Assembly: GCA_030603365.1 (NCBI GenBank)
Contig: JAUVXV010000009.1
Location: forward strand, 1-64,000
Source: Candidatus Heimdallarchaeota archaeon
GTDB taxonomy: Archaea; Asgardarchaeota; Heimdallarchaeia; Heimdallarchaeales; Heimdallarchaeaceae
Length of the DNA: 64,000 bases
Reading direction: 5' to 3'
Below, piece after piece: positions 38,901 to 48,052 of this stretch (within the stretch, counting starts at the first letter, position 1; every line of letters starts with the position of its first letter). A program made the translations under genes and the position numbers. The notes beneath the pieces were generated by a model. That model made no database searches. It saw only the letters and a list, made by a program, of their open reading frames with translations, and was not told where the DNA came from.

Positions 38901-41697
38901 GAAAACCATAGAGAAAAGTGAAATTGAAGATAATATTCTTGAAATTCTAAAAGAAAAATACCCTCTGTCTCTTAACAAACTATCAGAGGAATTAGATCTA
39001 CCCATAAAAACTTTACAAGTTCATCTTGAAAAACTAGAAAGAGCTATGCTGATAGTAAGAACCGAGTATGAACTATATGGAGGAAGAGTTAGAAGCAAAA
39101 TTTCCTTAGCAGAAAACGTTATCCCAAACCAATTGATGAAGGAAGCTAAGAAACTCGATCCTGAAGAATGTCTGAAGAAGGTTCTATTGAAATTTTTGAA
39201 AGTCAACGGTCCTTCAACTTTACATCAAATACTTGAATTTTTACGAATAGAAGAAGAGAAAATTACACGTGCTCTGTCTGAATTACAAAGTCAAAATCGT
39301 GTGCTAAAAGGTAGAATCATTGAATCTTCCTTAGAAGATCAATATATTAGACTTGAAGATAGAGAGCTTCTTAGAAACTTAAGTAATCGTAAACCTGATT
39401 CAATTATACTTACTCCAGAAGAGCTTAATTTTATTCATTATCTCTTTGCAGTTGATGAATTTCTAAAAGCAAAATTGATTGGTAAAGAAAATGTTCTGAA
39501 TCTATTGAACAACTTCGGAACCTTAGAGGATTTGAGTTCTCTTTCAGTCCGTATCAAAGATTATGAAGTTGATTGGATAAGGGATTTAATCGAGAAGAAA
39601 GAAATTATCCAAGGAAGATTTAGTCATAGAAGACTTGCATATGTTAGTAGAGAGAGGTTTTCTCACTATTATGTTGTTTACAGAGAACCATTTAAGTTAA
39701 CTAAAGTTGAAGAAAAGATTATATCAACCATACGAAAATATGGACCTTTAACCAAAAGAGAAATCAAAGAACTCACAGATTTAACAGATGATATCGTACA
39801 GGAAAGTTTAATGATTCTAGATAAAACTCTCTATCTAGTAAGAAAGTCTGTTACAACTGAAATTTTTGTACCTCGTCAGTTTGTCCCAAATGTTTATGAT
39901 ATTTCTGAGAGATATGTAACTGTTGACAAGCTTCCTTCTTTTGATAAAAGTCAAGAATTTATCTTGTATCAATCAATCAAATCTCTCGGTCCAGTTTCAC
40001 TAATCGAACTTACCCATCTGGTTGGTTTCAGATATAGCGATACAGAAAAAATCATCAAAAGTCTTCTCACAAAAAATAAGATTATTGAGAAGAAGCTCAC
40101 TGAAAGAGAGACTAATTATTATATGACTAAAGAAAGATTTGATGAGATCGTAAAGGTAAAGACAGATCTAATCAATATAGCTTATAGTGAAGAAGAGCAA
40201 ATAGTCATCTTACCTAAGGATGATCCTTTCACCAAATTAGGAATGAGATTGCACTTACGAGATATTTATGGTGAAGGTCAGATAGATCCAATAATATTAG
40301 ACGGGGAGATGGTTGGTTCAATTGAATATCGGTTACACAGAGGACAATATCTTCAAATTTACGATTTAAAACTAAAAAATTCAATAATATATAATTCAAT
40401 CTTGTTGCAGAAAATAGCTGCAGAACTTGTAAGCTACACAAGAAAAATACATAGAGTACTCAGTTTTCAAATTGAAGATATCAATAGTAAATCAGTCCTA
40501 TCAAAAAGTAATCAGTTTATTAGAGAAACATTTGTGAAAACAGGTTTTAAGCTAATAAAAGATACATTAATTGGTGGAGATACTGTTACAAAGGTATTTT
40601 CACGAAGAACAATTGATAGAAACATTATGGAAAATCTTTGGTTGAAAAAGCAGAGTCCAACATTGAATACCGAGAATTTGTTACAAATGATTAATCATTT
40701 TGGATTCATAGAACTCAAAGAAATTGTATCAAGGTATCCAGAGAATATGGTTTCAATAATTATTTATCTTTTGAATCAGCTTCTGAAAAATAGAGATATT
40801 ATTTGCCAAAATAACATTTTTTATTCTATTCCATTTGCTAGATACAGGAAAAGTGGTTTAAGAACTAGAAGGAAGATGAAGGATGAATCAGCACAGATAT
40901 ACAATAGGATAAAGAAAGGAATTGCTAATAATCAGAACCTTCTGAATAGCTGGGAAGGAACAGCATCTACTTTTAAAGCTGCTCTGAAAATTCTTGAGGA
41001 AAACATGCTTATCGGTGTTGAATCTCTAAGTAATCTGTATGAACCCCAAGAGTATTGGGATATTGATAGGTTTATCCCAGAGATTGACAAAGATATTTCT
41101 GAAATTAGAAAGGAGTATATTTTTGATATCTTGGGAAGTTTTGGTATCGCTTCTGAGGAACAGATTTCTGCGCGAGCAGTAATTCCTGGAGTTATGACTA
41201 AAATTAAAATTAAAGAAGTTCTAGCTAGTTTAATTGATGAAGAAAAAATCATAGGTGGCAGGTTCGTCGAGAACGATACAAGATTTTTTTATATAACCCA
41301 AGAAAATTATGATGCCCTAATAATGTTTGAGAAGAAAGAAGATAGTAAAGTGGAATATTCGAAGAAAGAAGAAAGAGAAAGATATTACCTGCTTTACCCA
41401 AAAGATTTTGCTACTATTGTATTGAAAACTAATCTTTACGAACAGTTTGGGATATCAGATGATAATTATGTTGTTATACTTGATCAGAAAGTAGCTGCCC
41501 AATGTAATGTTGATAACATCAATCAAAAACGATTGATAGTGAAGAATGTTATATTAGCACCTTGGATACATGCAGATAGTTCTCTAAATTATGTAGTAAA
41601 TGCTATCGAAACAATCCCCACTCTTGAAAATATGACTGTCAATACTATTGTAGTTGAGAAGATAAATGGTATCCCATCACACTCGTTGGTGAAATAA
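35971..41697 (+). CDS. lhr: Lhr helicase with about 1000-aa C-terminal winged-helix/HTH_42-like extension
   Basis: TGSGKT, SPLKALGND, TTPESL, DEIH, SAT, SLELGIDIG, QRVGRSGH, PSPFA. Confidence 0.93.
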   Translation: MTIHYLDEPSTSASIYSFLADEIKDWFTSKFPGGFTPPQLFAIPSIHERRNTLIFSSTGSGKTFAAFFAAINELFIEAKDGTLKDEIYVLYISPLKALGNDIRKNLEEPLQGIQELAASNNLVTPKIRVGVRTGDTTQAERTQMLRKPPHILITTPESLGLIITSPKFSEHLKSVRWIVLDEIHEVSSNKRGVFLSLCLEYLQLELANKQITRIGLSATQAPIEEIARFLVGLDDKGKENECYIANLPPQRKLDLEVKSPVNDLLHTPYIMIQEGIYNLLSDLILDHETSIIFTNTRKGAESVSFKLKEYLGDEYAPSIAVHHSSLSREIRLDVEDRLKNNELLAAVTSTSLELGIDIGSVELVAQIGSPKTVAKYLQRVGRSGHSLDRIAKGRLITTDRDDAIECAVLTKSAYSREIDKVQIPHDCLDVLAQFLVGISLMKRWNVDEAYTMIRKSYNYHSLDFDDYLKVLEYLGGYNLEVEERKIYRKIWYDHKENAFGKKKGSRLTFYTNLGTIPENADYRVELETYRTRLGSLSEGFVERLTPGDVFVLGSHTYQFKRTVGSRVVVSEAFGKRPTIPNWVGEELPRSYELSQQIGRFIEAVSQKIQKDDENSVIEWIERSFQVDNVIAKTVVQYVKEQLMFLNITPSAKKLLIESFIDPQGRTILVFHAYYGRRVNDALSRAFAYKIGIHLDSDIGSAVNDNGFVLMLPVDKIIDTSIIPDLLTVDNLEDTLKQAIINTELFLTRFRHVANRSLMILRRSRERHIPVSRQTMYARRIFTTLRNMDDFCVIKETYREILRDYMDLTNSLIVLDKLQKGDFEYSITPLSDIPSPFAHGIVLLGISDIVQISDRSALLRELHQQVLAKVFGKEGTKEILFNEELVTRIFNNRSYRNEALPISSIKQLRSAIKSLAPIKSLESVHPSIYHLSIGDLKQIQSWSLALHNSGEFIEIYVSKGDRRSIPINDFHLYWNLYVKTIEKSEIEDNILEILKEKYPLSLNKLSEELDLPIKTLQVHLEKLERAMLIVRTEYELYGGRVRSKISLAENVIPNQLMKEAKKLDPEECLKKVLLKFLKVNGPSTLHQILEFLRIEEEKITRALSELQSQNRVLKGRIIESSLEDQYIRLEDRELLRNLSNRKPDSIILTPEELNFIHYLFAVDEFLKAKLIGKENVLNLLNNFGTLEDLSSLSVRIKDYEVDWIRDLIEKKEIIQGRFSHRRLAYVSRERFSHYYVVYREPFKLTKVEEKIISTIRKYGPLTKREIKELTDLTDDIVQESLMILDKTLYLVRKSVTTEIFVPRQFVPNVYDISERYVTVDKLPSFDKSQEFILYQSIKSLGPVSLIELTHLVGFRYSDTEKIIKSLLTKNKIIEKKLTERETNYYMTKERFDEIVKVKTDLINIAYSEEEQIVILPKDDPFTKLGMRLHLRDIYGEGQIDPIILDGEMVGSIEYRLHRGQYLQIYDLKLKNSIIYNSILLQKIAAELVSYTRKIHRVLSFQIEDINSKSVLSKSNQFIRETFVKTGFKLIKDTLIGGDTVTKVFSRRTIDRNIMENLWLKKQSPTLNTENLLQMINHFGFIELKEIVSRYPENMVSIIIYLLNQLLKNRDIICQNNIFYSIPFARYRKSGLRTRRKMKDESAQIYNRIKKGIANNQNLLNSWEGTASTFKAALKILEENMLIGVESLSNLYEPQEYWDIDRFIPEIDKDISEIRKEYIFDILGSFGIASEEQISARAVIPGVMTKIKIKEVLASLIDEEKIIGGRFVENDTRFFYITQENYDALIMFEKKEDSKVEYSKKEERERYYLLYPKDFATIVLKTNLYEQFGISDDNYVVILDQKVAAQCNVDNINQKRLIVKNVILAPWIHADSSLNYVVNAIETIPTLENMTVNTIVVEKINGIPSHSLVK

Positions 41698-44037
41698 ATG
41701 ACAATAACACAGTATTCCCTAACATTAGATCAGCTGGCTAAATATCTTGTAGAGAAACAAAATATAGACAGTGAGTATAAGGGTGTCAATTATAGCCATG
41801 CAATTGCTACAATTAACAATATTATTGTGTTCCAAGATATCGAATCACTGTTCATACGAATGAGGACTTATTCTTCGGGTCTTATCCATTCACTGATAAA
41901 AAACAAACATCTCGTACATGCTCCATTTAAAGAGGGAAAACTAGTTTATATCGGAAGAGAAAACCTACCTATTTTCAGTAAAATATATGTCAAAGATACA
42001 ATTCAATACAAAAAACCATTGACGAAAACTGTTCTAGAATTCCTTGAGGAAGAAGGTTCTTCAACACGTCAAAAAATAATAGAAAAATTCGAAATTTCAA
42101 AAGAAGATGTAATGGATATTCTTATTGAACTTCGAACAAACTTTCAAATCTTTATGTTTTATGATGGAACTTCATGGACAATATTTAGTAGTAAATTACT
42201 CCTAGCAGATTCTAAGATGAGCAAAGCCTCAGCCACTTCTGAACTTATTTTCACTGTTATCAAAAATTTTGGTCCTATAACTGTCCCTCAAATCATAAAA
42301 ATTCTAAATATGGGTGGAGGACGAGTAAGTACAAGTATTATCGAACTTTACGAAAATAAGAGACTTGTTAGAGGTAATTTTATAGAAAATTCAACATATG
42401 AAGCATTTTTAGCTTCTGATGAACTTGAATATTTACAATCCTATTTAGAAAATCTTTCACAGAAGCAAGAAAAGGTTCTAGAAATACTTCCAAATACAGA
42501 TCCCTTGGCTGAATATTGGTCTTCAGCTGATTTTCTGAATCTAGACGAGGTACAAGATGAATTAGTTCTATTTAATGGAAAACCAATTTGTTCCTTCGAA
42601 TATAAAGTAGATGGAGATAAATTACAGGTTTCTAATCTTGTTAAAACTGCTGAATTCACGAACCTTGAGGTTGAAATCAGAAACAAAATACAAGAGTTTG
42701 CAGAAAACAAAGGTAAAATTCTTGTCTTCCCAGAACTTCAATCAGAGTCCATAGAAAATCAATCAAAGATTTTAGCAGAAATTCTATCTAAAAGGGGTTA
42801 TCAAAAACGAACTTCAGGTTTAATATCACATATCACCGCTAAACCTCTAAGTGATGATGAAGACCAATTATTCTTTTTGAGAGATGTATTTCCACTTCTG
42901 TTAGATTTCCAATTCTTGAGTCCAAGATATAGTTTTTCTTCAAAAAAAGCTGTCGTAAATGGATTATCTTCATTAGGAGTACCTCTATCAACCAATTCTG
43001 TACTAACAAGAATTTCATCACATCAGAAGATAAGCTTTGATGATATGATTATTGATAAACAGATAGTCACTGGGAAATATGGTGCTTTTTACAGAGGAAA
43101 CATTGTATCAAACGATTATATGATGTTCGCCAAACTAAGTCCTCCAAGACACTATGGGGTATTGGAAGAAAGAGTTCTTAAACTAATTCAGCAAAAGGAG
43201 CGAATAAATTTCTCTCAACTTCAGTCTTCTTTGAACTTATCTAATCGTGTCTTATTATCTGCTCTGCAAAGATTGGAAATTGCTCATGAAATTGTTCAAA
43301 CAAAATCGGTTTCAAAGCAAATAGTTTGGGAACTAACCTCAAAATTCCTCAGTAAAACAAATGTGAAATCTGTTGATTCACAAAGAGAAGCTTGGTTAGA
43401 TGTTCTCTACCGCATTTTTTCAACTAACTTACCTTTGAGTATAACACAACTAGCAAATTTTACAGGTTTATCTAATACGCAGATAGAGGTGTATATCAAG
43501 GAATTAATTGCATCTAAAGGAATCATTTCTGGAAAATTCTTTGAAGATGTGAATGAGGTTCAATTTACATCAAAGGAAATTGAAAAGAAGATTATGGGTT
43601 ATATTTATCAAAAAGAAGAAGACCATATCTCTGAGGATGTTATTATAACCTATCTATCACGTAATGATCCTTTACTAACTCTATACAGAACATATCTCCT
43701 TAAACGATTTCGAATACGATCATTATTTTCAAGACCCTTACCAACAGAATATGGTGAAATAATTTTAATGAATGGAGAACCCATTGCAGCTTTACATGTA
43801 AAAAAAGCTGAAAAAATCGAGTTTGTAAACAATATCGAAATACTTCCAGAGTTCACCGACTCACACACTCTTATGCTAATACTTAGTTCAATTCAAGAAT
43901 ACCTAATCAAGACAAAAAAAGATCACGATAGGATATTGAGGATTAAGCAAATAAATGGCACATCTTTAACATCAGAAAGTGGTAAAGAATATGTCAATCT
44001 TTTAAATAATATGCACTTTGATTACCAGATTCTCTAA
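41698..44037 (+). CDS. Tandem HTH_42/AlkZ-like winged-helix protein paralogous to the Lhr extension
   Basis: Two units with FGPIT/NLPLS..EL...G.F and DPL motifs shared with the Lhr C-terminus; ATG abuts the lhr stop. Confidence 0.65.
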   Translation: MTITQYSLTLDQLAKYLVEKQNIDSEYKGVNYSHAIATINNIIVFQDIESLFIRMRTYSSGLIHSLIKNKHLVHAPFKEGKLVYIGRENLPIFSKIYVKDTIQYKKPLTKTVLEFLEEEGSSTRQKIIEKFEISKEDVMDILIELRTNFQIFMFYDGTSWTIFSSKLLLADSKMSKASATSELIFTVIKNFGPITVPQIIKILNMGGGRVSTSIIELYENKRLVRGNFIENSTYEAFLASDELEYLQSYLENLSQKQEKVLEILPNTDPLAEYWSSADFLNLDEVQDELVLFNGKPICSFEYKVDGDKLQVSNLVKTAEFTNLEVEIRNKIQEFAENKGKILVFPELQSESIENQSKILAEILSKRGYQKRTSGLISHITAKPLSDDEDQLFFLRDVFPLLLDFQFLSPRYSFSSKKAVVNGLSSLGVPLSTNSVLTRISSHQKISFDDMIIDKQIVTGKYGAFYRGNIVSNDYMMFAKLSPPRHYGVLEERVLKLIQQKERINFSQLQSSLNLSNRVLLSALQRLEIAHEIVQTKSVSKQIVWELTSKFLSKTNVKSVDSQREAWLDVLYRIFSTNLPLSITQLANFTGLSNTQIEVYIKELIASKGIISGKFFEDVNEVQFTSKEIEKKIMGYIYQKEEDHISEDVIITYLSRNDPLLTLYRTYLLKRFRIRSLFSRPLPTEYGEIILMNGEPIAALHVKKAEKIEFVNNIEILPEFTDSHTLMLILSSIQEYLIKTKKDHDRILRIKQINGTSLTSESGKEYVNLLNNMHFDYQIL

Positions 44038-44083
44038 TATACAAAGGAGATATCTTTTTTATTTACAAAGACAAAGTATTTCT

Positions 44084-44938
44084 ATGAAACGTCAAGCAGC
44101 ATATGCAGGTTCATTTTATGATGGACGAGAAAAAAATCTTATAGAATCAATAGAGAAATCTTTTAAGAGTTCTCTTGGACCTGAAAGTTTGCCTGAAGGT
44201 ATTAAATATCCTAACTCTCCTCAACCCTTCTTCTTGGTACCTCATGCTGGATACATGTATAGTGGTCCAGTAGCCGCTAGTAGTTATCTTGAAATGAGTA
44301 AATTTGCAGCTCCAGAGACAGTGATAATCCTTGGGCCTAATCATACGGGATTTGGTGCAGAAATTGGTGTTCCTGACAAAGTAACAGAGTGGGTTACACC
44401 TTTAGGTTCAGTTAAGGTCAATCATGAATTTATAGACAAATTGATGGAAATTAACAGCCTTGTTAGCAAAAGTGATTCTTCACATGTTAAAGAACATTCA
44501 ATTGAAGTACAACTGCCTTTTCTTCAATATATTCTAGAAGAACCCTTCCAAATAGTTCCAATTGCAATGAAGAATCAGAGTTATGATGCAAGTATGGTAC
44601 TGGGGGAGACAGTTGGAAAACTAATACAGAAAGAAAATGTTGTCGTTCTAGCAAGTAGTGACTTTACTCATTTTGAAACACATGAAAGAGCGAAGAATAA
44701 AGATTCTAAAGTTCTTGATGCTATTGAAAAAATGGATGCGAAATCAATGTATGACATAAAATTTAAGCTCAATGTAACTATGTGTGGATATGGTCCCATT
44801 GCTGCAACAATAGAAACTGCAAAGAAGACTGATCGAGTAAAAAGTAAGATACTAAATTATGCAACCTCTGGCGATGTTTCAGGAGATAGAAGTCAGGTAG
44901 TTGGGTATGGTTCTGCTATGTTTTATAAAGAAGATTAA
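44084..44938 (+). CDS. MEMO1/AmmeMemoRadiSam protein B
   Basis: AGSFY, PHAGYMYSG, GPNH, EHSIEVQLPFLQ, ASSDFTH, MCGYGP. Confidence 0.94.
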   Translation: MKRQAAYAGSFYDGREKNLIESIEKSFKSSLGPESLPEGIKYPNSPQPFFLVPHAGYMYSGPVAASSYLEMSKFAAPETVIILGPNHTGFGAEIGVPDKVTEWVTPLGSVKVNHEFIDKLMEINSLVSKSDSSHVKEHSIEVQLPFLQYILEEPFQIVPIAMKNQSYDASMVLGETVGKLIQKENVVVLASSDFTHFETHERAKNKDSKVLDAIEKMDAKSMYDIKFKLNVTMCGYGPIAATIETAKKTDRVKSKILNYATSGDVSGDRSQVVGYGSAMFYKED

Positions 44939-44990
44939 TGATTGTCCCCATAGAAACCAATATTAGCGCAATTAAACAATAACTACAAAA

Positions 44991-45527
44991 GTGATTCATT
45001 TGTCTAAGAGAAACTATATTACAAATAAGATCGTTCTAATAGGAGATGCAAGAGTTGGAAAGACCTCTCTAGTTAGAAGATTCGTTACTAATATGTTTGA
45101 TCCTTCCTATAAAATAACTCTGGGTACAACAATTATGAAAAAAGAACTTGAATATCTTACTAACAATGTGATACTAGCAATTTGGGACATTGGAGGACAA
45201 GAGGTTTTCAGACAAATTAGAAGTAAATACTTCTTTGGAAGTAAAGGGGCTCTTGCAATTTGTGATGCTTCTAACCTTGAATCTTATAACAATCTATCTT
45301 CTTGGGTTGAATCCTTCAGAAAAGAAGTTGGAGATAAACCTATCATTTTTCTAGCAAATAAATGTGACTTAAAGAATTTAGAAGTAACTGAAGAACATAT
45401 GAAGAAAATAGTGGAAACTTACAAAAATACAGAATTCATGTTTACTTCAGCGAAAGATGGAACTAATACTGAAAAAGCCTTTACTAATCTTACTAGACTC
45501 ATGGTCGAAGAAGAGGATATAATCTAA
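44991..45527 (+). CDS. Rab-like small GTPase
   Basis: GDARVGKTS, TLG, WDIGGQ, NKCD, TSAK; no C-terminal Cys. Confidence 0.92.
   Translation: MIHLSKRNYITNKIVLIGDARVGKTSLVRRFVTNMFDPSYKITLGTTIMKKELEYLTNNVILAIWDIGGQEVFRQIRSKYFFGSKGALAICDASNLESYNNLSSWVESFRKEVGDKPIIFLANKCDLKNLEVTEEHMKKIVETYKNTEFMFTSAKDGTNTEKAFTNLTRLMVEEEDII
45461..45527 (+). repeat. Direct repeat copy 1 (Rab gene 3' end)
   Basis: 56/67 identical to 46738-46804 by manual alignment. Confidence 0.88.
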
Positions 45528-45627
45528 TTCTCAATCTAATTGAATTACAAATCAATTGAACAACTATCTTTTTATATTTCTTTGTGTACTTATAAATGAT
45601 TCATTAATTGAATCAGAGAGTGGAATT

Positions 45628-46692
45628 ATGAAGAAAAACAAAAATATAATTAGCCTACTTTTAGTTTTCTTAATGGTATCATTTAGTTTTATAGCAATAC
45701 AAGATTTAGTATCTAGCCGTATTAACCCTTGCAAATTTAAAGGTAGAGTAACGGATAACTATCTTAACTTCTATCTTGGGGGTGTCAAAGTGACCTGTAG
45801 AAAAGGAGGTATGATATACGATGTTGATTATACAGATGCTAATGGCTACTACGAAGTCTGGACAGATCCCTTGTTTTCAAATACATATGTAAACCTGATT
45901 TTTGAGTATTCAGGGTATAATACAAAAACAGTTGGCAAAACTGCAAAACCTGGAGAAACTATAACCTATAGTCCTAAACTAATACCCCCTTTGGATGCTG
46001 ATGGTTGTTACGAAACTCGGAAATTTAAGACTGAATTTGCAAATTTTGACACAACACATTGGCCGGATTATTACCCTCCGTTCTGGCATTCGGATTCAGA
46101 TTTTCTATCTATTTACGAATTGACAGAGATATATCAACCATCTACTGACACATTCAAGGTAAAATATTACGCTTATGTTGAATGGTGGGAATACTTAGAC
46201 GGATGGCCCAATAATGCATGGTTGATAAGAGTTGAAAGACTGGTAGATACTCTTGGAGGTATTTGGTCCAATTGGTTAACTGAAGACTATCTATGGGAAG
46301 AAGAATATTATTACGAAGAGACATATTATCATGACTATATTTGTTTCTATGGTGAAAGAAGTGAAACATATGATATTGTTGATCCCAGAGAATGGGGTGG
46401 TTTACGTCATGGTCTAGTATCACCCTACCTAGATGGATATCATTATCGATATACCTATATAACAGGTATCACCTTACGTGTTCACTTAGGCACACCTTAT
46501 CAATATCCAGCTCCATATGTTCCGTTACCTGATCAGACAGACCCAGACCAATATTTCTTTTACGCAAATGCGTACACTAAAATTACTTTGTTAGCTTACA
46601 CATCGCCAACCAATACATTGAAACCTTGGTTCTGGGGAGGAAGTATTTCACATACAAATCCTCTTTATGGACCGCGTATTTATACCCCTTAA
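45628..46692 (+). CDS. Secreted Tyr/Trp-rich protein with carboxypeptidase-regulatory-like N-domain
   Basis: Signal peptide MKKNKNIISLLLVFL; GRVTD...TDANGYY...SGY. Confidence 0.75.
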   Translation: MKKNKNIISLLLVFLMVSFSFIAIQDLVSSRINPCKFKGRVTDNYLNFYLGGVKVTCRKGGMIYDVDYTDANGYYEVWTDPLFSNTYVNLIFEYSGYNTKTVGKTAKPGETITYSPKLIPPLDADGCYETRKFKTEFANFDTTHWPDYYPPFWHSDSDFLSIYELTEIYQPSTDTFKVKYYAYVEWWEYLDGWPNNAWLIRVERLVDTLGGIWSNWLTEDYLWEEEYYYEETYYHDYICFYGERSETYDIVDPREWGGLRHGLVSPYLDGYHYRYTYITGITLRVHLGTPYQYPAPYVPLPDQTDPDQYFFYANAYTKITLLAYTSPTNTLKPWFWGGSISHTNPLYGPRIYTP

Positions 46693-46737
46693 TAAACCTC
46701 TCTTCTATTTTTTTCTTTTTTTTCCTACAAAATATGA

Positions 46738-46804
46738 AACTAATGCTGAACAAGTCTTTACTAATCTTACTCGACTCATGGTTGAAGAATCGGACCTGAT
46801 CTAG
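46738..46804 (+). repeat. Direct repeat copy 2 (orphan Rab C-terminus)
   Basis: Encodes TNAEQVFTNLTRLMVEESDLI* versus TNTEKAFTNLTRLMVEEEDII*. Confidence 0.88.
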
Positions 46805-46821
46805 CTTAAATTCTAAACCTC

Positions 46822-47289
46822 TTATATTTCATTTCTTAGAAGATATAGTGTGAGAGTAATTTCTCCTAAACATCCAAGTTCATTTAATTTTTCGAAGTAA
46901 ACTGCTTTACCCTTGTCTAATTCTTGTTTACTAAGCCCGGGTTCTGCTCCACCAAAGATGAGTAAGATGCTTTTCCCACTGTTATAGGATTTCGCAACTT
47001 CTTTATAATCAAATATTTCTTTTGAAAAAGGTTTTTTTATGAAGAGATAGATTTCATCAGGATGAACTAATTCGATAGCATCATCAATGCTTTGAAGATA
47101 AAGAAGATTGGCTTGTTTGGAATAAGCAAGTTTCTGAGCAATTGGAACACCTGTAGTGGCTGCGGTTCCTGCTGCTTTTGATAAGATAATATCTCTTGCC
47201 CCAAGTCCTAAGGCTATTTTAACGAATTCTCTACAGTGATTTAAGCTACTAAAATTATGAAGTTGAACGAAAATTTTTCCTGTACTCAT
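46822..47289 (-). CDS. DUF2122-like SPOUT-fold protein
   Basis: LHNFSS, AAGTAATTGVP, DAIEL, FGGAEPGLSKQEL. Confidence 0.75.
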   Translation of the reverse strand: MSTGKIFVQLHNFSSLNHCREFVKIALGLGARDIILSKAAGTAATTGVPIAQKLAYSKQANLLYLQSIDDAIELVHPDEIYLFIKKPFSKEIFDYKEVAKSYNSGKSILLIFGGAEPGLSKQELDKGKAVYFEKLNELGCLGEITLTLYLLRNEI

Positions 47290-47386
47290 TTGATAATGTT
47301 TATGATTAGTAATAAAAAAAGCTAACTATCGAAACTTGAACCAAGTAAAAAAATTTTTAAAACTTACATATATGAAGAAGATAATT

Positions 47387-47461
47387 GCCCCGATAGTATA
47401 GCGGCTAGTATTGTGGATTGTGGCTCCATAGAGGCAGGTTCGAATCTTGCTCGGGGCACCA
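47387..47461 (+). tRNA. tRNA-His(GTG), CCA encoded
   Basis: Acceptor GCCCCGA/TCGGGGC, anticodon arm GTGGA-TTGTGGC-TCCAT, T arm GCAGG-TTCGAAT-CTTGC, ends ACCA, followed by a T-tract. Confidence 0.96.
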
Positions 47462-47545
47462 CTTCTTTTTCTAAACAGCATTCTCAAGTAAATTAGGAAA
47501 GTTTAAAGCGGAGTAATTTTCAGTTTTAGATGTCGAAGTGATAAT

Positions 47546-48004
47546 ATGCCTTGGGTAGAAGAAGTTATTTTAGGAGGAACTTTTGACCATCTCCATCCTG
47601 GGCATAGGGCTCTTCTAGAAGCTGCTAAGAGTTTTGGATCATTTGTTCGAGTAGGGTTGACAACTGATGAGTTTGCTAAGAGTTTGAGGCGGAGTGATCC
47701 AAATATTGAACTAATGCAATCCTATAAAACTAGAGAAAAGAAACTAAATGAATATCTGATTTTCAGAAATTTTGAAAGATTTGAAATAGTTAAGATTGAT
47801 CATAGATACGGTTTTGCTTTGACAGCAGAACAAGCTGAAGGAATTGTAGTAACTGAGGAAACGTATCCAACAGCTGTTGATATAAACAAACTTCGTGCAT
47901 TAGAAGGGTTGGATCAATTCCTAATTTTAGTTATACCTTTTGTTTATGATGAATCAGGTATAATCATTAGCTCGAGAAGGATTAGACAACAGCTTGCTGA
48001 ATAA
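47546..48004 (+). CDS. coaD: Phosphopantetheine adenylyltransferase (archaeal/eukaryotic type)
   Basis: GGTFDHLHPGH, VGLTTD, IVVTEET, INKLR, ISSRRIR. Confidence 0.92.
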   Translation: MPWVEEVILGGTFDHLHPGHRALLEAAKSFGSFVRVGLTTDEFAKSLRRSDPNIELMQSYKTREKKLNEYLIFRNFERFEIVKIDHRYGFALTAEQAEGIVVTEETYPTAVDINKLRALEGLDQFLILVIPFVYDESGIIISSRRIRQQLAE

Positions 48005-48052
48005 GAAATCACAAACAAACTTAACCAAAGATTAGAGGAGTGATAACTAGGT

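Noticed and set aside
35971-41697. Intein explaining the length of Lhr
   Set aside because: Helicase motifs are normally spaced and the extra length is C-terminal; no splice-junction or LAGLIDADG motifs seen
41695-41700. Nonsense mutation splitting one giant gene
   Set aside because: TAA directly followed by a start also occurs at 14247/14248 and 50729/50730, and both proteins end in a similar terminal motif (EKINGI, KQINGT), consistent with two genes
47387-47545. tRNA-His as an integration site
   Set aside because: No duplicated tRNA 3' end or integrase seen; flanked by housekeeping genes
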